From: Macrostomum hystrix
Lineage: Eukaryota > Animalia > Platyhelminthes
DNA length: 64,000 bases
Direction of reading: 5' to 3'
NCBI GenBank assembly: GCA_950097015.1
Contig: CATNEN010000003.1
Location: 3,162,001-3,226,000 of the forward strand
Under the pieces are notes generated by a model. It was not told the DNA's origin. It saw only the letters and a list, made by a program, of their open reading frames with translations, and ran no database searches. The first letter of the stretch is position 1, and each line of letters opens with the position of its first letter. The translations under genes were made by a program, and so were the position numbers. Positions 35,588 to 50,442 of the stretch are shown one piece after another.

Positions 35588-36077
35588 ATGACTGAGATTG
35601 ATCTAGTCAACCGTGATCCCAACGGTATCAACTCCGGGATCCAGGTGAGAATAACTAATAAACTAAATCAAAATAACTAACTAGCAAACTTTCTGCCCGA
35701 AAGATCAATTAATGTCTCGCGGTTAAAAAAACTTCCAGGTTAAGTTTGAAGATGTCCTTGCTGAGCCAGATGGCGCTCACTCGATGGACTGCGTGTGGCA
35801 GAACAGCTACAAGTGCTACACCTGCGGCCTGGCGCTGTCCTACAAGATCGCCACCCTACTCTGCGGCATCTTCATCGCCCTCCACTGGGGCTGCACCTTC
35901 GGCTGCTTGGCATTCGAACAGATCTGGTACATCACGCCGAACTGCAAGGTGTTCGAGATCACAATGTCCTGCTTCAAGCGCTTCTTTGTCACCATCCTGG
36001 AGTGCTGCCTGGGACCGTGCTGTGCCACCTGCGGCATGTTCTTCAGCAACATCATGGTCACGAACAAGTCCGGCTGA
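35588..36077 (+). CDS. CAV: Caveolin (paralog 1), 131 aa
   Basis: Exons 35588-35644 and 35739-36077: MTEIDLVNRDPNGIN...VKFEDVLAEPDGAHSMDCVW. Contains the caveolin signature FEDVxAEP and RDP motif, then a hydrophobic hairpin. Confidence 0.92.
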
Positions 36078-37342
36078 TCGCTCACGTCATGCTCGATTTC
36101 TAACTAGCAGAACCCGACTGAAGCTGAAAACAACTTGAACTGCGAAGAATTACGGAATCCATTTGAATTGCCGCGCTTGTTTGACTTTTAATTATAACAA
36201 CTGACTATTCATAGGTTATTTTACGATCGTATATAAAAATTGCCGATATTATATTTAACAAAAACTATTCCTAAATGAAATTAAACTAATATTTTGATTT
36301 TTTTTGTTTTGTTCCTTTCAGCTCTCTTATAATATAAATATTTTTGTTTTCTTGCACACGTGCGCAAGTCCAGATCCGTCTTTGTCACTCTAAATGTCTT
36401 ATTTCAATAGGGTGTGCTTGTTCAAGCTCATTTTCTGCTTTTCCGATTAAACCGCCTAAATTAAAGTCCTGCTTTTAAGTTATAACTGCTGCTGTTCCGA
36501 GCGATTCGTGAATTTATTTGTTCGTAAAATTGTTTTGGGAATAAATGAAACATTGCGAATATTTGAGAACAGAAGATTTTTTATACACATGAGAGTAAAG
36601 TTAAAGAGAACTATTAACTAATTAAATCTACCTGATTCAAACCTGTTTCAACAAAAATTTTATCTTTAATTTTTGTCTAGTCTGATAACATGTCACCCAG
36701 ACATAATAGAAGTTTTAATTGTCTCAACTAAAGCACGTTTTTGCGAGTAATATGTAATATTATGAATACTCACTTTTACTGATCGTGAAATTATTGTGTA
36801 AACAAGTAAACATCAGTTATATTAAAATAAAGTTTAACTAACACTTATAAACAATAAGGCCGCAATAAATAACTAGAAGATCATGTGGAAGATTATAACA
36901 AATCTGGAAAATCATTTGTTTTTTCTGCTTTCGTTTAAAAATATGGATGACAGAAACGAAACTTTGCTTGGTCGCCAAATCCACCCATCGCATAGGCCCA
37001 TTGCAAGTTAAAGTCTCCATTTAGCATGGGATGCGAACTCACGACCTCAAAGTTATATGTACGAATATTAAACTACTCGTGTGAGGAAGCAAAAGAAATT
37101 TAAATTTATCGAGAACGCAAAATCCCAAAAACAGGTAGAGCTCTCAAACAAAGTGCAGCAAGTTTTATGTGAGTTCAGGGAAAATTCGTTCAAGATTACA
37201 CACGCACTATATAAAAATATCCCAAATCTGGCGAAAATGACTCTCTGGATCCTACGGGGAAAGAATTGGTAGACTATTGGTAGTCTTTGAGCTGTGCCTG
37301 GAGAGTAGAAATTCTTCTTTGTTTACCGAACCGCTGCCCCGG

Positions 37343-39847
37343 GTTGCCATGACAACGCTTGGTGCTCAAGCTTTTGGGTAAGCAATATGGGTCAGGAAGG
37401 TATACAGAGAGTTGCCAGTGGTGGGAGAATGATAGATAGGCCTTAGTAACAGCGTTACCCGTCGATCCCAATGGGGACGCCAAACTCACTTCTTTCGTTT
37501 AAGAACTATTAGGATTGGATCGACCAATCCTTCGCAGAGAGTAGAGAAGAGAGGGAGAGAGAGGTACAGGCCAACTATGCCACACTCCAAATCCTGGCTC
37601 TAGTGCTTTTTCAGTGCTTCCCAGGAAAATGTTTTTTTTGTTTTACAAACCGTCCCCAGCTTCCATTGTTGAGCTCTATCTCTGTCTTTGCACGCACTTT
37701 TAGCAGATAAAACACAGGGGTAGAGTTCTGAGATGGTTAGAGAGAAAAGGAATGGAAAGAATTGTCACCCGTTGCTAATAGCAATGGAGCTTTTATGAAA
37801 GAGAAATGTAGGATTAATATATCGCCGCTGAGTGCTTTAACGGTCTTAGCACGAGTGCGCGAAGCGGCGATATATTAGTTGCATTGTAATATGCAAGCTG
37901 GGCCACAGACACTTGCGTTAAATGCACGCTCAAGCCTGTGGTTACGCTCCACATAGTGGCTGGCAAAATAAACTGTTTTTGTGCTTGTAGCGTTAGACGC
38001 ACGCTAAATGCGTTACACGCATGATGAAAACGCTTAGCGCGGTTGAGTTTCTACCATAGACTACTTGCGTTACACGCACGCTGTCTAACGTTTAATGCAC
38101 CGCATTGGAACTTTACCAGTTGGGTGCCGAGCAAGTTAATGGCGGTCGATCGAGGCGCGAGATCGTAATCGCCATTAACTGCGAGGCAGCCAACCGGTAA
38201 AAGCATTATAAGGCTTCAGGCCATAGACAAATCAACTCCCCCTATAACGCTATCTGGCGGCTGTCGGTCGACAAGCAACGGCGTTATAGGGGGGTTGATT
38301 TGTCTATGGCCTGAAGCCTTATAATGCTTTTACCGGTTGGTAAAATACTTTAATTGATAATTAAAAGAAACAAATATAAGCGTCCAAATTTTGTCAGCTT
38401 CTGGCTCATGGCTGATTGGCGCAGTTTGTGCCATAGACATGCCATTATCGCTGAGTGATCGTTTATACCATAATACGTTGCTGAAGCCTTATAATGCGTG
38501 TTACAATGCTGATTAAAACACTCATGTTACGATGCTAGAAATGAATTTTATCGTCTAAGAACACTATTGAAAAGTAAAAAGCGATTGCACTCGAAAACTA
38601 CAAGAAATTTATACTTTATTTCGCACCTTTCCAAGTTGTACGTTAAAACAGTGACGCGAGTTTTGTGATATGATTTTTAGAACAATGTTTCGTGCTAAAT
38701 TAAGCATTTTTTAGACTTTTGTCATGATTTTGATTTCTCGAATCAGCGGCTAAGGAAGGCCACCAAACTCTGTTTCGTTTCATTTTTGAGTAGATTTTTG
38801 ATTCGGGCTTCTCAATCCATTGTTGTTTATAACAAGCGAAACTAGAATCTAATTATAAGCATGGAATACAACTAAAGTACATTGATGTGAATTATCGAAA
38901 TAGAATACTGTTGTGCCACTTAACAAAGCTAAATAATCATTAATTGCAATCGGTTCTCTGTTACATAGCGAATTGCGATTGTTTGTAAAGCCTTTGAGTC
39001 ATTAATCCCAGAGGCACCCATCAGAACAACCTCAGGAGCGGGGTTGGCGATAATAAGCGCGGCTGATGTGCTAATTTTGTGGGAAAATTCAACCAGCTCT
39101 CTCTCTAACTCAACCCCCTGCTGACCCTTCTGTCTTTCCCATCGTTGCTATTGGCAACAGCTCCACGCAGCGAAGGATTAAGCTGAGTACAACCCTTGAG
39201 TTAGAGAGGATTTAAGAGAAAGGAACTGCATAGACAAAGCAGCTGGATGGTTGGACTGTACACTGGTGGAAAAACCTAAAAGCTTTTCTGATTTCTTTTG
39301 TTCTTATTTTTGGACAGCAGCAGCAGCAGTTCATAGCGGAAACTGGTGGCAAAAATAGGATTTTTGCTAACGGCGCTGGGTTGGCTACTGAAAGAGAGGC
39401 ATAGATAATGAGATTGGGCCAGCGGAGGGTGGTTGTTCGGTTGCTAGGGGCAACGTACATTACCTTTCGTTGGGATTGTGAACAGAAAAATGTCTTTCTG
39501 TGCGTGCAATAGTTATTCTCTGCAGGACTAAGCAAAAGAAAAATAAAAGACTGGGAATGACAGGTCTGTAAGACAGCAGATTGAATATAGCTACCGGAAA
39601 TGGTTGTCATGGTAACCATTCCTCTTTCTGGTTGGCGACAGCTAGCTATAGCTATGAGCAGACAATTAAGTTGGTTATATTGAATTCAATGGCACACAGG
39701 CAGACAATTGAGTTGCTGCGAATCGCACAAATCTCAATAACTCTGAGTGCTCCGTTTCATGCTGGCCGTTGGTGTGCATTCGCGTGTGTGCAGGCGCCGA
39801 TACAGATATGGCTACCATTGTTACTTTGTTTGGTTGCTATCGGCAAC
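37343..39847. promoter_or_regulatory. Cluster of RFX X-box-like palindromes upstream of caveolin paralog 2
   Basis: GTTGCCATGACAAC (37343), GTTGCTAATAGCAAT (37771), GTTGCTATTGGCAAC (39144), GTTGCTAGGGGCAAC (39440), GTTGTCATGGTAAC (39603), GTTGCTATCGGCAAC (39833); TATA-like TATATATA at 39962. Confidence 0.6.
38114..38340. repeat. Foldback: long inverted repeat plus adjacent hairpin (possible MITE)
   Basis: Near-perfect arms of about 60 bp: CCAACCGGTAAAAGCATTATAAGGCTTCAGGCCATAGACAAATCAAC...CTATAACGC (from 38190) and its reverse complement ending at 38340. A second hairpin at 38114-38200 shares the CCAACCGGTAA segment. Confidence 0.85.
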
Positions 39848-40059
39848 TATTCAACATAGAATAAAATAATTAGCAATGCTCTGATAGATTAGACAAATAA
39901 CTGGGGGTGTCTAACTGGGCTCGTTCAATTGTGAATTGAGTTTTTGTTTGAGTGCGTGCCCTATATATACAACGGGTCCTCGTAAAAAACACAGAATATC
40001 TGCCTATCGATAAGAAAATCGGAACTTTGTTAAAATCATCTGAGCCTTTAAGCTAAGTC

Positions 40060-41144
40060 ATGTCTGAAGAATTGGATCTAGTTAATAGAGATCCCAACGG
40101 CCTCAACCAGGGATTGCAGGCAAGGTTTCGTTTCGAATTTCGTTTCTGTCTAAATAATTCTTTAGAGTAGCATTTCCGATGAGGTTTTCGGCAATGCTCT
40201 TTTTATCGGAGTTGGTAAAACTAATCAACGGATGGGTGCGATCCCGAATTCTCCGAAATCTACAACTAGAAAAAGTCTAGGGTGCACAGAATTCTTTGCT
40301 CTGTGGAAATCCCAACTTCAAATAAATGCCAAATCCTAAAAAATCCTAACTCCAAAGAAATCCCAAATCCTAAAAAATCCCTACTCGAACGGAATACCAA
40401 CTCAAAATGAATCACAACTCCAAAAAATCCCAACTCGAAAGAAATTCCAACTACAAAGAAATCCCTACTTCAAAGAAATCCCAACTCCATAGAAATCCTA
40501 ACTCCAAATAAATCCCAACTCCAAGGAAGTCCCAACTTCAAAGAAATCCCAACTCCAAAGAAATCCCAACTCCAGAGAAGTCCCAACTCCAAAGAAGTCC
40601 CAACTCCAAAGAAGTCCCAACTCCAGAGAAGTCCCAACTCCAAAGAAGTCCCAACTCCAAAGAAATCCCAACTCCAAAGAAATCCCAATTCCATTGAAAT
40701 CCCAAATCCAAATGAATCCCAACTCCTAATAAATCCCAAACTCTCTAAAACCCAACTCAGAGCATAGATTTAATGACTAGCTGAGTCTGCACATGCCAAT
40801 AACAGGTAAAGTTCGAAGACGTCCTTGCTGAGCCAGATGGCGCTCACTCGATGGACTGCGTGTGGCGGAACAGCTACAAGTGCTACACCTGCGGCCTGGC
40901 GCTGTCCTACAAGATCGCCACCCTGTTCTGTGGTATCTTTATCGCCCTATACTGGGGCTGCACCTTCGGCTGCGTAGCTTTCAACGAAGTCTGGTGCATG
41001 ACGCCAACCTGCAAGCTGTTCGAATTGTCGCTTCGCTGCGTCAAACGATTCGTAATGGTCATGCTGGACTGTTGCCTGGGGCCCTGCTGCGCCTCCTGCG
41101 GAATGATTCTGAGCAATATTGTTGTCACACAGAAGGCGGGATGA
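40060..41144 (+). CDS. CAV: Caveolin (paralog 2), 132 aa, GC-AG intron
   Basis: Exons 40060-40119 (MSEELDLVNRDPNGLNQGLQ) and 40806-41144 (VKFEDVLAEPDGAHSMDCVW...). The donor CAG|GCAAG lies at the same position as the GT donor of paralog 1. Confidence 0.9.
40305..40760. repeat. ~18-bp minisatellite (AAGWCCCAACTCCAAAG)n in caveolin-2 intron
   Basis: Tandem degenerate copies. Confidence 0.9.
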
Positions 41145-41359
41145 ACGACTGCTAGCGTTTTGTGCGAAGGTCGCAATTACTTGTCGATTCACGAGATAAC
41201 AATAAGTCAAAAAGGATGTCGGGTGATGATGAAATGAACAAAAACTACACATTTATTAACGAAAAAATGTTATTGAGAGTGTCTTCTCGGTCGTGATGCC
41301 TTTAGGCTGCATTTTGAACAGTTTGGGATGCATCGTCATCACCAAACAGTTAGGGATGT

Positions 41360-44070
41360 TTCGTCGATTGGTTTGTGATGTATCGTCAATTGGTTTGTGA
41401 TGTATCGTCGATTGGTTTGTGATGTATCGTCGATTGGTTTGTGATGTATCGTCGATTGGTTTGTGATGTATCGTCGATTGCTTTATGATGTATCGTCGAT
41501 TGGTTTGTGATGTATCGTCGATTGGTTTGTGATGTATCGTCGATTGGTTTGTGATGTATCGTCGATTGGTTTGTGATGTATCGTCTATTGGTTTGTGATG
41601 TATCGTCGATTGGTTTGTGATGCATCGTCGATTGGTTTGTGATGCATCGTCGATTGGTTTGTGATGTATCGTCAATTGGTTTGTGATGTATCGTCAATTG
41701 GTTTGTGATGTATCGTCAATTGGTTTGTGATGTATCGTCGATTGGTTTATGATGTATCGTCAATTGGTTTGTGATGTATCGTCAATTGGTTTGTGATGTA
41801 TCGTCAATTGGTTTGTGATGTATCGTCGATTGGTTTATGATGTATCGTCGATTGGTTTATGATGTATCGTCGATTGGTTTGTGATGTATCGTCGATTGGT
41901 TTGTGATGTATCGTCGATTGGTTTGTGATGTATCGTCGATTGGTTTGTGATGTATCGTCGATTGGTTTATGATGTATCGTCGATTGGTTTGTGATGTATC
42001 GTCGATTGGTTTGTGATGTATCGTCGATTGGTTTGTGATGTATCGTCGATTGGTTTATGATGTATCGTCGATTGTTTTGTGATGTATCGTCGATTGGTTT
42101 GTGATGTATCGTCGATTGCTTTATGATGTATCGTCGATTGGTTTGTGATGTATCGTCGATTGGTTTATGATGTATCGTCAATTGGTTTATGATGTATCGT
42201 CAATTGGTTTATGATGTATCGTCGATTGGTTTGTGATGTATCGTCAATTGGTTTATGATGTATCGTCAATTGGTTTATGATGTATCGTCGATTGTTTTGT
42301 GATGTATCGTCGATTGTTTTGTGATGTATCGTCGATTGTTTTGTGATGTATCGTCAATTGGTTTGTGATGTATCGTCGATTGTTTTGTGATGTATCGTCG
42401 ATTGGTTTGTGATGTATCGTCGATTGCTTTATGATGTATCGTCGATTGGTTTGTGATGTATCGTCGATTGGTTTGTGATGTATCGTCGATTGGTTTGTGA
42501 TGTATCGTCGATTGGTTTGTGATGTATCGTCAATTGGTTTGTGATGTATCGTCGATTGGTTTGTGATGTATCGTCGATTGGTTTGTGATGTATCGTCTAT
42601 TGGTTTATGATGTATCGTCGATTGGTTTGTGATGTATCGTCGATTGGTTTGTGATGTATCGTCGATTGGTTTGTGATGTATCGTCGATTGCTTTATGATG
42701 TATCGTCGATTGGTTTGTGATGTATCGTCGATTGTTTTGTGATGTATCGTCGATTGGTTTATGATGTATCGTCGATTGGTTTATGATGTATCGTCGATTG
42801 GTTTGTGATGTATCGTCGATTGGTTTGTGATGTATCGTCGATTGGTTTGTGATGTATCGTCGATTGGTTTGTGATGTATCGTCGATTGGTTTATGATGTA
42901 TCGTCGATTGGTTTGTGATGTATCGTCGATTGGTTTGTGATGTATCGTCGATTGGTTTGTGATGTATCGTCAATTGGTTTGTGATGTATCGTCGATTGGT
43001 TTGTGATGTATCGTCGATTGGTTTGTGATGTATCGTCGATTGGTTTGTGATGTATCGTCAATTGGTTTATGATGTATCGTCGATTGGTTTATGATGTATC
43101 GTCGATTGGTTTGTGATGTATCGTCGATTGGTTTGTGATGTATCGTCAATTGGTTTGTGATGTATCGTCGATTGGTTTGTGATGTATCGTCAATTGGTTT
43201 GTGATGTATCGTCAATTGGTTTGTGATGTATCGTCGATTGCTTTATGATGTATCGTCGATTGGTTTGTGATGTATTGTCGATTGCTTTATGATGTATCGT
43301 CGATTGGTTTATGATGTATCGTCGATTGGTTTGTGATGTATCGTCGATTGGTTTATGATGTATCGTCGATTGGTTTGTGATGTATCGTCGATTGGTTTAT
43401 GATGTATCGTCGATTGGTTTGTGATGTATCGTCGATTGGTTTGTGATGTATCGTCGATTGGTTTATGATGTATCGTCGATTGGTTTGTGATGTATCGTCG
43501 ATTGGTTTATGATGTATCGTCGATTGTTTTGTGATGTATCGTCGATTGGTTTGTGATGTATCGTCGATTGCTTTATGATGTATCGTCGATTGGTTTATGA
43601 TGTATCGTCGATTGGTTTATGATGTATCGTCAATTGGTTTGTGATGTATCGTCGATTGCTTTATGATGTATCGTCGATTGGTTTGTGATGTATCGTCAAT
43701 TGGTTTATGATGTATCGTCGATTGGTTTGTGATGTATCGTCGATTGGTTTGTGATGTATCGTCGATTGGTTTATGATGTATCGTCGATTGCTTTATGATG
43801 TATCGTCAATTGGTTTATGATGTATCGTCGATTGGTTTGTGATGTATCGTCGATTGGTTTGTGATGTATCGTCGATTGCTTTATGATGTATCGTCGATTG
43901 GTTTGTGATGTATCGTCGATTGGTTTATGATGTATCGTCGATTGGTTTGTGATGTATCGTCGATTGGTTTGTGATGTATCGTCAAACAGTTAGTGATGTA
44001 TCGTCAAACAGTTAGTGATGCATCGTCAAACAGTTAGTGATGTATCATCGATTGGTTTGTCATGTACCGT
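41360..44070. repeat. 2.7-kb array of a 22-bp unit (TGGTTTGTGATGTATCGTCGAT)n
   Basis: More than 100 near-identical tandem units with no spacers. Confidence 0.97.
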
Positions 44071-44534
44071 CAAATTTTAATAGTTTTTGTTGTACTTTCG
44101 AACGCGAATCGTTTTATTTTGTAACTTTCTTTGTTCTGTAACAGTGGGAGTATTTTTTATCGAAAAAATTTTATCTTGGAAAAATCGAAATAAAACTATT
44201 AGAAACACCTATTTCACTTTTTCCACCAGCTATTTAATGATGAATATATAATTTTGCACAGAGCAATATTTCTTCTTTAAGTTCTTACTCGCTATATCGA
44301 CATTGATTAAATAGAAAATTACTACATAAAAATCTAAATGCTAAAAATCCTTAATTACTACTACTGCTCCAGTAACAACGAGCGCAAATATTTTTTTCTA
44401 CAAAATTTGATTGCTTTTAACCTTCGTATTTGGAGTGAAGAAAAGACAATAATTGCGTTAAAAAAGCACTCTAGGGCAAAAAAGCAAATACGAGTATGTT
44501 TCCAGGAAAAACTAGTCAAACTAGAAATTAGCTA

Positions 44535-45075
44535 GACTCTCTGTCGAACAGGTTGACACTCCTGTCTAACAGGTAGATTCTCTTGTCTAACAGGTAGATT
44601 CTCCTGTCTAACAGGTAGACTGACACTCCTGTCTAACAGGTAGACTCTCCTGTCTAACAGGTAGACTCTCCTGTCTAACAGGTAGACTGACACTCCTGTC
44701 TAACAGGTAGACTCTCCTGTCTAACAGGTAGACTCTCCTGTCTAACAGGTAGACTCTCCTGTCTAACAGGTAGACACTCCTGTCTAACAGGTAGAATCTG
44801 CTATTTAACAGGTCGACTCTCCTGCCTAACAGGTAGACTGACACTCCTGTCTCACAGGTCGACTCTCCTGCCTAACAGGTAGACTGACACTCCTGTCTCA
44901 CAGGTCGACTCTCCTGCCTAACAGGTAGACTGACACGATCCTGTCTAACAGGTAGACTCTCCTGCCTAACAGGTAGACTGACACTTCTGTCTAACAGGTA
45001 GACTGACACTCCTGTCTTAAAGGTAGACTGACACTTCTGTCTAACAGGTAGAGGCTCCTGTTTAACAGGTAGAAC
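44535..45075. repeat. 21/25-bp minisatellite (TCTCCTGTCTAACAGGTAGAC)n
   Basis: About 22 tandem copies; internal quasi-palindrome CCTGTCTAACAGG. Confidence 0.9.
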
Positions 45076-45200
45076 CTTGTGTCTAATCTGAAAATTTTAC
45101 GGTATAATCTACTAATGCAATCTAACAGACAGACTCATCAGTCTAGAAGGCGGTCTTGCCTCTATAACCTGTCTAATTCGCAAAACAAATAAAAATTATA

Positions 45201-45272
45201 TTCCCTGACCGGGAGTCGAACCCGGGCCGCCTGGGTGAGAGCCAGGAATCCTAACCGCTAGACCATCAGGGA
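45201..45272 (-). tRNA. tRNA-Glu: tRNA-Glu (anticodon CTC)
   Basis: TCCCTGATGGTCTAGCGGTTAGGATTCCTGGCTCTCACCCAGGCGGCCCGGGTTCGACTCCCGGTCAGGGAA: 72-nt cloverleaf with A and B boxes and a downstream T5 Pol III terminator. Confidence 0.97.
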
Positions 45273-46002
45273 CTTATTACCTGCTGTGTCCGAACCCCGG
45301 TTTATCAGTTCGCGCGTTGAAGCAGTGAGTGAAGAAAAAGAATATAGTGACACGCGCACATTGCATTCCAACCCTAGACCTCATTGTCCTGCAGTCTTGT
45401 CTTTCACACTATACTGAAAAAATGCAGAAGCAACATAAAAAAAGCTAGAGATAGCCAACCTGCCTATGCAGTTTACAGATAAGGTTTAATTGTAGCTCGT
45501 ATATAATCTGATATTCGGATATTTCTGGAATTAGGGGGGAATATGTAATACAGAGTTTCTTAATTTCGGACATTCATATTAGTGCGGAGAATCTGAAAAT
45601 CTGAAACTTTTTTATTTTGTTTTAATCCACAAGTTTTAAATGTATTATTGTTCATTTTCGAAAATCGGACTCAAAGATTCACTTTCAGCTAAATAGCGCG
45701 CTGCTTTCAAAAACTGTGTACCGGCCAAGAGCTCTACTTGTTACAAAGAGTACAAAAGTACAAAGAGTACAAGAGTACAAAATTTAAAATCGTGTATACA
45801 ATTTTTTTAACTAAACCTTTCCAAAAAGATACCGCATTATTCAGTGGGAAGGAGTCATTTTCATGCTATGGTTATATGTTTACTAATAATTATTAATTCA
45901 AGAATTCGGCAGTTTTTCACAATTACGAGTAGAATCAAGGTTTTCTAATAAATTCACACTTTTAGCTAAATTTTTGTTTTAATTAACAGTAGAATTACCA
46001 TG

Positions 46003-46320
46003 CACGGGCGGTGTTTCGAATACCCACCCATTTTTCTTTCTTCTGTCTCTACCCAAATATTGAACCGATCGCCATGAGAATCCAGAACACGCCCAACAAT
46101 TTTCCTCTCTATCCGTTTAAACAACTTCCAGAATCACGAAATATCGGTATCGTCGAGTCAACGACTCTCGTCGGGGTGTCTGGTGGCAAGAACCACCAAT
46201 ATAGGGGATAATTTTTCTGCTAATAAAATTGCATCATGTTGGCTATTGCTGTTGACTTTTTTGGATTGATTAAATTGTTAATTTTATCATTTTGACCCGG
46301 TATTTGAAATACCCCCGCGG
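46003..46320. mobile_element. Possible MITE with imperfect ~22-bp TIRs
   Basis: CACGGGCGGTGTTTCGAATACC ... GGTATTTGAAATACCCCCGCGG; no clear TSD. Confidence 0.35.
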
Positions 46321-46437
46321 TTATTCCATTGTTGAATGGCAATGAAAAGCTGCGAGAATTAATTAAAAAATCTTCTAATTGTTAAAATTATCTGCAAAAG
46401 CTTGTTTTGTTTTTTAACGCCAAGGAAGCAGCATTTC

Positions 46438-48565
<2,128 letters not shown>

Positions 48566-48974
48566 GACTGCTTTGAAACAATGTCTTAAGCGAACAGTCA
48601 ATAGCCCCAGGTGATGCCAGCAAACTTGTAGACTGACACTTTTTTCGGATCTAAAGATACGAATCGTAATAGATTCGGGCCGTCAGGGTACTAAAACGAT
48701 CCTGTTTTATTATAGTCAACTGCCTGCGTTGGTCAGAAAATGCCTACGTCGTCTATCCTTCTTCCCCACTTCCCTGTACGCCTTCGATCGCGTACTTTAT
48801 AGTACATTCGGCTGCTTATTCGCTGTTCCAGAGAGAATGTGGGGCCAACGAGAAAAATCAATTTGTGGGGCAATTTTTTTCTCTGCTGCAGAAAGTATAC
48901 CACTTGGGTGCAAGGCATACAGAAGGCATACTTCATTTGTGTTGATGTCTGACGCACCTGATGCTCTCAGTTTA

Positions 48975-49842
48975 TCTCTTCTCTTCCCTTTACACTTTCT
49001 ATCCTTCCCTCTCTTCACTCCTCTCTCCTTCCCTCTCTTCTCTCCTCTCTCCTTAGCTCTCTTCTATCCTCTCTCCTTCCCTCTCTTCTCTCCTCTCTCC
49101 TTACCTCTATTCTCTCCTCTCTCCTTAGCTCTCTTCTATCCTCTCTCCTTACCTCTCTTCTCTCCTCTCTCCTTCCCTCTCTTCACTCCTCTCTCCTTCC
49201 CTCTCTTCACTCCTCTCTCCTTCCCTCTCTTCTCTCCTCTCTCCTTCCCTCTATTCTCTCCTCTCTCCTTTTCTCTCTTCACTCCTCTCTCCTTCCCTCT
49301 CTTCTCTCCTCTCTCCTTCCCTCTCTTCACTCCTCTCTCCTTCCCTCTCTTCTCTCCTCTCTCCTTCCCTCTCTTCTCTCCTCTCTCCTTCCCTCTCTTC
49401 ACTCCTCTCTCCTTCCCTCTCTTCTCTCCTCTCTCCTTCCCTCTATTCTCTCCTCTCTCCTTCCCTCTCTTCTCTCCTCTCTCCTTCCCTCTCTTCTCTC
49501 CTCTCTCCTTACCTCTATTCTCTCCTCTCTCCTTAGCTCTCTTCTATCCTCTCTCCTTACCTCTCTTCTCTCCTCTCTCCTTCCCTCTCTTCACTCCTCT
49601 CTCCTTTCCTCTCTTCACTCCTCTCTCCTTTCCTCTCTTCACTCCTCTCTCCTTCCCTCTCTTCTCTCCTCTCTCCTTCCCTCTCTTCACTCCTCTCTCC
49701 TTTCCTCTCTTCACTCCTCTCTCCTTCCCTCTCTTCACTCCTCTCTCCTTGCCTCTCTTCACTCCTCTCTCCTTCCCTCTCTTCTCTCCTCTCTCCTTCC
49801 CTCTCTTCACTCCTCTCTCCTTGCCTCTCTTCACTTCTCTTC
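48975..49842. repeat. 24-bp polypyrimidine/polypurine minisatellite (CTCTCTTCWCTCCTCTCTCCTTCC)n
   Basis: About 34 copies, almost purely C/T on the + strand. Confidence 0.95.
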
Positions 49843-50442
49843 ACGCCCCATATGGTAGTGGCGCCCCATGTTTTAGTGGCATCCATGTGTAACGCCATCG
49901 AGAAGACATTTCCATAGAGTAGCCGATGCTCTATCTTCCTACTTTCAGTAGCTTATCAAAAAGCGAATTTACTTCGACTTTTTTAGCACAAAAAACTCGT
50001 TTGACTCGCTGTTTACTTAAAAACTTAACAAAAATCTATCTTAAATTCAAAATTGTTCCAATCATGAATAAATCATTACAAAAGGACAGGATGGCGCCAG
50101 CAGTACGTTTAGGTCCGATTGGAACAGAATGCAAATCTGGGAATCAGTTTTTGATTAAAGTCGAAGTAACCGCTTGGCTAGGGCCTGCCCATGATGCCAA
50201 GCAGCCTGGGGTCATATTTAAGCAACGCAAAGTGTGCTTGTGAAATATCTTTGCTTGATCTAACTAAAAAAGACGTCATTTGTATTTCGTCTACTATTAG
50301 TAGAAATGTTAGAATTTTAATGCAGTTCTTGTTTTTCGTTTGAAAACGAAACAATACTTCGTTTCGCCAGAACAAAACAAGCCAGAAACCGGTCTCGGTC
50401 TGCCAGCGCGAGGTTCGTTCCCCACTTTTAGTGTGTTACAAG

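Noticed and set aside
41360-44070. CRISPR-like appearance and repetitive ORFs (TIHHKPIDDTSQTNRRY...)
   Set aside because: Head-to-tail 22-bp units with no unique spacers, no cas genes, and a eukaryotic context.
48729-49892. 387-aa ORF with PLSFPLFS repeats
   Set aside because: Translation of a stop-free 24-bp pyrimidine satellite.
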